This document shows positions 59,201 through 64,000 of a stretch of 64,000 nucleotides of DNA, in pieces (the stretch's first letter is position 1; each line of letters starts with the position of its first letter). The translations under genes and the position numbers were made by a program. The DNA comes from Dehalococcoidia bacterium (GTDB lineage: Bacteria > Chloroflexota > Dehalococcoidia > Bin125): NCBI GenBank assembly GCA_963662615.2, contig CAXXSR010000001.1:512001-576000 (forward strand), read 5' to 3'. A model generated the notes under the pieces. The model saw only the letters and a list, made by a program, of their open reading frames with translations, ran no database searches and had not been told where the DNA came from.

Positions 59201-59988
59201 ATGTATCGATTGCTCACGGTGGTAGCGGTGGTGCTGGTCGGTGTCGCGCTTCTCTGGCCACAGGAGACTTCAGCGGATACGGAGCTGCTGCTACAGCCCG
59301 GGTTGAACGAGTTCGTCTATACGGGCGAAACGTCGCCGGTGGCGGAGGCGCTGAACACTATCGAGGGCCTGTATGACGTGGTCTACCACTGGGACATCGC
59401 GGCACAGGTGTGGCGGACATTCCGGCCTCCGCCGGCCCCGGCGTTTCTGTCCGACTTCGAGCTGATGGAGCCGGGCAAGATCTATTGGGTCGTGGTGGCG
59501 CAGCAACTACAACTGACCATCACCGAGCCCGACCCGCCCAGCCCAGCCCGTTCCTTGCCATCGGAGACTCGTGGGTCCGCTCGGACGGCCTGGAGCTGAC
59601 GCTGCTGGAGTGCGGGGCGAACGTCCACCAGGATCGCCCCTTCGCGTGTAGCTTGCGGCTGTCCAATACGGGGTCGCGCGTGATTTCGGAACTCTCCTTC
59701 CCGAATGATGCAGCGCGGTTCCGCTCGGTACCCGGTACAGCTATCTCGGTGTACTTCACTGACGACACGCCCGGGGCGACCGATTGCTTCGACCTTCCGG
59801 ATCAGATTCAGATCTGCCCTCACACCGACCTCCTGCTGAACCCGGGAGATTCCGTGACGTACGTAATCACCGACTTTTGGGGCAATGTTTCGTCGTCATC
59901 AGACACGCCCGTTAGCGAGGTGGTGCGGCTCGAGTTCCTTGACGACGGTGCCGACGCGATGGCCGCATGGGACTTGTTCGCGTCCTAA
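59201..59988 (+). pseudogene. Secreted protein (same N-terminal module as 5819) frameshifted by a 5-bp tandem duplication near 59536-59550
   Basis: Signal peptide; removing one AGCCC unit joins ORF 59201-59599 to ORF 59410-59988 (DPPSPFLAIG). Confidence 0.78.
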
Positions 59989-60068
59989 GCTGTCCACCGA
60001 GGCTGCTGAGGCGATCGAGCAGCCAAGTCGCTCGCGGATGTCCCGCGTTGCAGGCGCCGCTGTGGGGG

Positions 60069-60143
60069 TGGAGCGGCGGACGGGATTCGAACCCGTGGCC
60101 CCCTGCTTGGAAGGCAGGAGCTCTACCCCTGAGCTACCGCCGC
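60069..60143 (-). tRNA. tRNA-Gly(TCC)
   Basis: Acceptor stem GCGGCGG/CCGCCGC, anticodon arm CCTGC-CTTCCAA-GCAGG, GGTTCGAATCC, encoded CCA. Confidence 0.96.
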
Positions 60144-60375
60144 GCGCCGGCACCAGCGTACGGCCAGGCGACGGCGTCGGGAAGGGCGGCCACCCGGCCA
60201 CCACCGTCGGCGGCCTCGATGCTCGACGAGTGGACGCGCTCGGCATCCACCCGTCCCGGCTCCTGACCGACGACCAGACGCGCCGAACATCGCGCCGCTC
60301 CTGCTAGCCTGCCTGCGTGGCCACGCGATCGAGCGCCACGGCACGGCCCGACAGGAAGAGGAAACCGAGGTTGCC

Positions 60376-60807
60376 ATGACCGTACCGACGAGAAGACGCC
60401 GACGTGGGCCGGCCGGGACGCCGATCCCCGACAGCCATGCTGATCTGATCGGCGCGCCGCACCTCGCCCACCTGGCGACGCTCAACGCCGACGGCTCCCC
60501 GCAGGTTTCACCCGTATGGGTGAAGCGCGACGGCGATGATGTGCTCTTCAGCACCACCGCCGACCGCCTCAAGGCGCGCAACCTGCAGCGAGATGGCCGC
60601 CTCGCCCTGTCGATCCACGACTCCGCGGACCCCTATCGCTACATCGAGCTGCGCGGGACCGTAACGATCACCCCCGATCCCGAGCACACCCTCCTGGACG
60701 GCCTGGCGAAGGCCTATCTGGGAGTGGAGAAGCATCCCTGGACACGGCCGGAAGACGTTCGTGTCGCGGTCCGCCTGCGAGTCCGCTACACCTACACGAT
60801 GGAGTAG
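60376..60807 (+). CDS. PPOX-class F420-dependent oxidoreductase
   Basis: AHLATLNADGSPQVSPVW, KARNLQRD, DPYRYIELRG. Confidence 0.9.
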   Translation: MTVPTRRRRRGPAGTPIPDSHADLIGAPHLAHLATLNADGSPQVSPVWVKRDGDDVLFSTTADRLKARNLQRDGRLALSIHDSADPYRYIELRGTVTITPDPEHTLLDGLAKAYLGVEKHPWTRPEDVRVAVRLRVRYTYTME

Positions 60808-60906
60808 TCCGCAGCCGCGCTTGCCGAACTCCGCTCGGATGCCGCGCTGCATATGTCAGGATCTCAGCCGACGAAGCTTTTTCAACCAATGCGTGGGAGG
60901 GAACAG

Positions 60907-61344
60907 ATGGCGTTCAGCATGAGTGAGACCGTCGAGATCAACCGCCCGGCGGGCGAGGTGTTCGCTTACCTATCCGACCTGAACAACGACCCAAAGTGGC
61001 AGAAGACAATCGTCGAAGCGAAGTACACGTCGGAAGGCCCGGTCGCCGTCGGGACGACCGGCGTGCATCGAGGGAAGGGCCTGGGCAAGACCTTCGATTT
61101 CGGGTGGGAGATGACCGAATACGAGGAGCCCAGGCGGGCCGGATGGAAGTTCATCTCGGGCCCATTCAGCGGCACCGATGGCTATACGCTGGAATCCACG
61201 CCGGGCGGGACGAAATTGACGCATGCAGCCGAGCTTCAGCCCCATGGCCTCTTCCGTCTCCTCACCCCTATCCTGGGCGGCGGGTTCGCGAGGCAGGCGC
61301 GGAACGACCTGCAGACCCTGAAGAGGATTCTCGAGTCTCAGTAA
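60907..61344 (+). CDS. SRPBCC (polyketide cyclase-like) protein
   Basis: VEINRPAGEVFAYLSDLNNDPKW...DLQTLKRILE; GGGAGG RBS. Confidence 0.88.
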   Translation: MAFSMSETVEINRPAGEVFAYLSDLNNDPKWQKTIVEAKYTSEGPVAVGTTGVHRGKGLGKTFDFGWEMTEYEEPRRAGWKFISGPFSGTDGYTLESTPGGTKLTHAAELQPHGLFRLLTPILGGGFARQARNDLQTLKRILESQ

Positions 61345-61523
61345 AGGCGGCTTCGTGAGACCAGGCTGCTCGCCGGCCGCCGCTGGGACGGGCGTAATCC
61401 TCGGCGAACCGTTCGTTGCGGCGTCTTCCCGGAAGGTCCGTATCGTACGCCCATGACGGCGGCCGATGATAAGGCCGTCGCGCTTTACCAGCCCCCTAAG
61501 CGTCGGGCCGGTACCCTAGGCGC

Positions 61524-64000
61524 ATGGCACGCGCGGTCATCGAAGGCGAGGCGGCCTCTGCGTATCGGACCGTCACGCAGGCCCGGCAGTTGCTGCACGA
61601 TGGCGATGCCGCCCTCGCGGCGCTGGCCTCGGACCTCGCCGACGGCCTGATCGGCGGTCACGCCGATGTCCGCTGCGACCGCCCCTCCCGCCTCCTCTAC
61701 GCCACGGACGCCTCCATCTACGAGATGGAGCCGGTGGCGGTGCTGTTCCCGCGCGCGCTCGCCGACGTGCAGCATGCGGTCGCCGTGGCGCGTGATCACG
61801 GCGTGCCCCTGCTGCCACGCGGGGGCGGCACCAGCCTGGCCGGCCAGGGCGTCAACCATGCCATCGTGCTCGACTTCACCGTGCACATGGACCGCGCCCT
61901 GGAGATCGATCCCGCTCGACGCCTGGCGCGCGTCCAACCGGGCGTCGTGCTCAGCGAGCTGAACAAGGCGCTGCGGCCCCACGACCTGCACTATCCGATC
62001 GACCCCTCCACGGCCAACCGCGCCACGATCGGCGGCGGCATCGGCAACAACTCCTGCGGCACCCACTCAGCGCTGTATGGCAAGACGCAGGACGTGGTTG
62101 AGTCCGTGCAGGCGGTGCTGTCGGATGCGACGCCGGCGAGCTTCGCGCTGCGCCAAGGCGCGGCCTTGGAGGAGGCGCTCGCACGGCCGGGCTTCGAGGG
62201 CGACCTCTACCGGGGCGTTCGCCGCATCGTCGATCGGCATCACGCTGAGATCGAGGACCGGTTCCCGCGCATACTGCGCCGCGTCTCCGGCTACAACCTC
62301 GATGCCTTCTTGGACGCGCGCTCCATGGATCTCACGCAACTCCTGGTGGGGTCCGAGGGCACGCTCGCGATCACCACCGAGGCAACGCTGCGGCTGGCGT
62401 CGCTGCCGGCGGCGCGCGGCATCGTGGCGGCGCACTTCGACTCGCTCGTGCACGCCGCCGAGGCCACGCTGGCCGCGAACACGCACGCTCCCGCCGCCGT
62501 CGAGCTGATCGACGCGATCATCATCGACCGCTGCCGCCGCAGCCCCGGCTACGCGTCATTGGCGGAGTTCGTGGAGGGTGAGCCGAAGGCGGTCCTGCTG
62601 ATCGAGCTCTTCGCCGACGACGAGGACGCGCTTGGCGACAAACTGGCGGCGCTGGAAGCGGACCTGCGGGCGCGGGGGATGGGCTACGCGTTCGTCACCA
62701 CCACCGACGCGGAGGTGCAAGCGCGCATGTGGGGCATGCGCCAGGCCGGCTTGGGCCTGCTGATGAGCATGAAGGGGGACCCCAAGCCCGTCGCCTTCGT
62801 AGAGGACACGGCGGTCGCACCGGAGCGGCTCCCGGCCTTCGTCGCCCGCTTCGACGAGACCGTACGCTCCCATGGCCTGACCGCCGGCTATTACGGCCAC
62901 GCCAGCGTCGGCTGCCTGCATATCCGCCCCGTGGTCAATTTGAAGGACGCCGACGGGCTCGCGACGGCAGAGCTTCTCGCCGGGCAGATCGCCGATCTGG
63001 TCGTGGAGTTCGGCGGCAGCCTCAGCGGCGAGCACGGCGACGGCATCGTCCGCGGCGCCTTCATTGAGCGTATGTTTGGGCCGCGCTTGCTCGATGCCTT
63101 TCGTGAGGTCAAGGGACTGTTCGATCCCGAAGGCTTGCTCAACCCCGGCAAGATCGTCGATACGCCTGCGTTCGCCGACAATCTCCGCCTCAGCCCGAGC
63201 ACCACGAACCTTCAACCTCCTACCTACCTGAACTTCGACGCGGACGGCGGCCTCGCCCGGGCCGCCGAGCAGTGCAACGGCCAAGGGACCTGTCGGAAGT
63301 TCGATGGCGGGATGTGCCCCTCGTTCATGGTCACGAAGGATGAGGAGCACTCCACGCGCGGCCGCGCCAACCTCCTGCGGCACGTGCTCAACGGCGCGCT
63401 GCCCGCGTCGGAGCTGACCGGCGAACGGGTCCACAGCGCTTTGGATCTGTGCGTGGAGTGCAAGGCCTGCAAGGCGGAGTGTCCGTCCGCCGTGGACATG
63501 GCCAAGCTCAAATATGAGATCCTCACGCAGTACCACGAGGCTCACGGGCTCCCGCTGCGGGCACGCGCCTTCGGGCACATCAACACGCTGGCGCGCTGGG
63601 GAAGCCGCGCCGCCCCGCTCGCGAACGTGTTGGGACGGTCGTGGCCGGCCCGTCAGCTGCTGCACCGCACGGTTGGCATCCATCGTGAGCGGCGGCTGCC
63701 TCGATTCGCCGGCGAACCGTTCGAGCGTTGGTTCGCGCGCCACGAGCCGCCCGATGCGGCGACGCGTGGCGACGCGATCTACTTCGACGACACCTTCACC
63801 AACTATTTCCACCCCGAGGTCGGCATCGCCGCTGTGCGCGTGCTGGAGGCGCTCGGTTACCGCGTCAAACGGGTGTCTCAGCGCGCCTGCTGCGGCCGTC
63901 CCGCCATCTCCAAGGGGATGCTGCCCACCGCGCGGCGCTGGGCCGCAGCCAACATCGAAGCGCTGCGCCCATTCGCTGAGGATGGCGTGCCCATCGTCGG
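61524..64000 (+). CDS. FAD-binding and Fe-S-binding oxidoreductase (GlcD/GlcF-type fusion), runs off the window
   Basis: Read directly from sequence: YATDASIY, PRGGGTSLAGQ, NNSCG, GSEGTL, GHASVGCLH, GEHGDG, LNPGK, CNGQGTC, CVECKACKAECP, CCGRP. Confidence 0.92.
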   Translation, partial: MARAVIEGEAASAYRTVTQARQLLHDGDAALAALASDLADGLIGGHADVRCDRPSRLLYATDASIYEMEPVAVLFPRALADVQHAVAVARDHGVPLLPRGGGTSLAGQGVNHAIVLDFTVHMDRALEIDPARRLARVQPGVVLSELNKALRPHDLHYPIDPSTANRATIGGGIGNNSCGTHSALYGKTQDVVESVQAVLSDATPASFALRQGAALEEALARPGFEGDLYRGVRRIVDRHHAEIEDRFPRILRRVSGYNLDAFLDARSMDLTQLLVGSEGTLAITTEATLRLASLPAARGIVAAHFDSLVHAAEATLAANTHAPAAVELIDAIIIDRCRRSPGYASLAEFVEGEPKAVLLIELFADDEDALGDKLAALEADLRARGMGYAFVTTTDAEVQARMWGMRQAGLGLLMSMKGDPKPVAFVEDTAVAPERLPAFVARFDETVRSHGLTAGYYGHASVGCLHIRPVVNLKDADGLATAELLAGQIADLVVEFGGSLSGEHGDGIVRGAFIERMFGPRLLDAFREVKGLFDPEGLLNPGKIVDTPAFADNLRLSPSTTNLQPPTYLNFDADGGLARAAEQCNGQGTCRKFDGGMCPSFMVTKDEEHSTRGRANLLRHVLNGALPASELTGERVHSALDLCVECKACKAECPSAVDMAKLKYEILTQYHEAHGLPLRARAFGHINTLARWGSRAAPLANVLGRSWPARQLLHRTVGIHRERRLPRFAGEPFERWFARHEPPDAATRGDAIYFDDTFTNYFHPEVGIAAVRVLEALGYRVKRVSQRACCGRPAISKGMLPTARRWAAANIEALRPFAEDGVPIV

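Overview
High-GC bacterial chromosomal window, inferred to be Chloroflexota (Dehalococcoidia-like, e.g. Tepidiformales or SAR202-type). The inference rests on F420-linked PPOX and LLM enzymes, a sortase with an LPxTG-GG substrate, many 'AAC-GG' lipoproteins and leaderless genes. Core content: rluD, gltX with tRNA-Gln/tRNA-Glu, an NAD-linked Cys-type formate dehydrogenase (NuoE/NuoF/FdhF-like) with yqeC and mobA, ltaE, phoB-phoR-pstSCAB-phoU, korAB, malate synthase, csrA, two cyclase paralogs, a propane-monooxygenase-type accessory trio with no monooxygenase in the window, tRNA-Gly and an FAD/Fe-S oxidoreductase. The main unexplained structure is seven small (0.5-4.7 kb) cargo segments, each bracketed by an imperfect direct repeat. 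Five of these repeats duplicate the 3' end of the neighbouring gene or tRNA (tRNA-Glu, an LssY-like gene, fdhF, yqeC, tRNA-Gly), and no intact integrase or transposase is present in the window. Cargo includes toxin-antitoxin pairs, two FYVE/rabphilin-like zinc-finger genes with a shared upstream motif, and two secreted proteins with a shared N-terminal module. Five envelope genes each carry a single disabling lesion. All alignments and mismatch counts were made by eye; no database searches were run.
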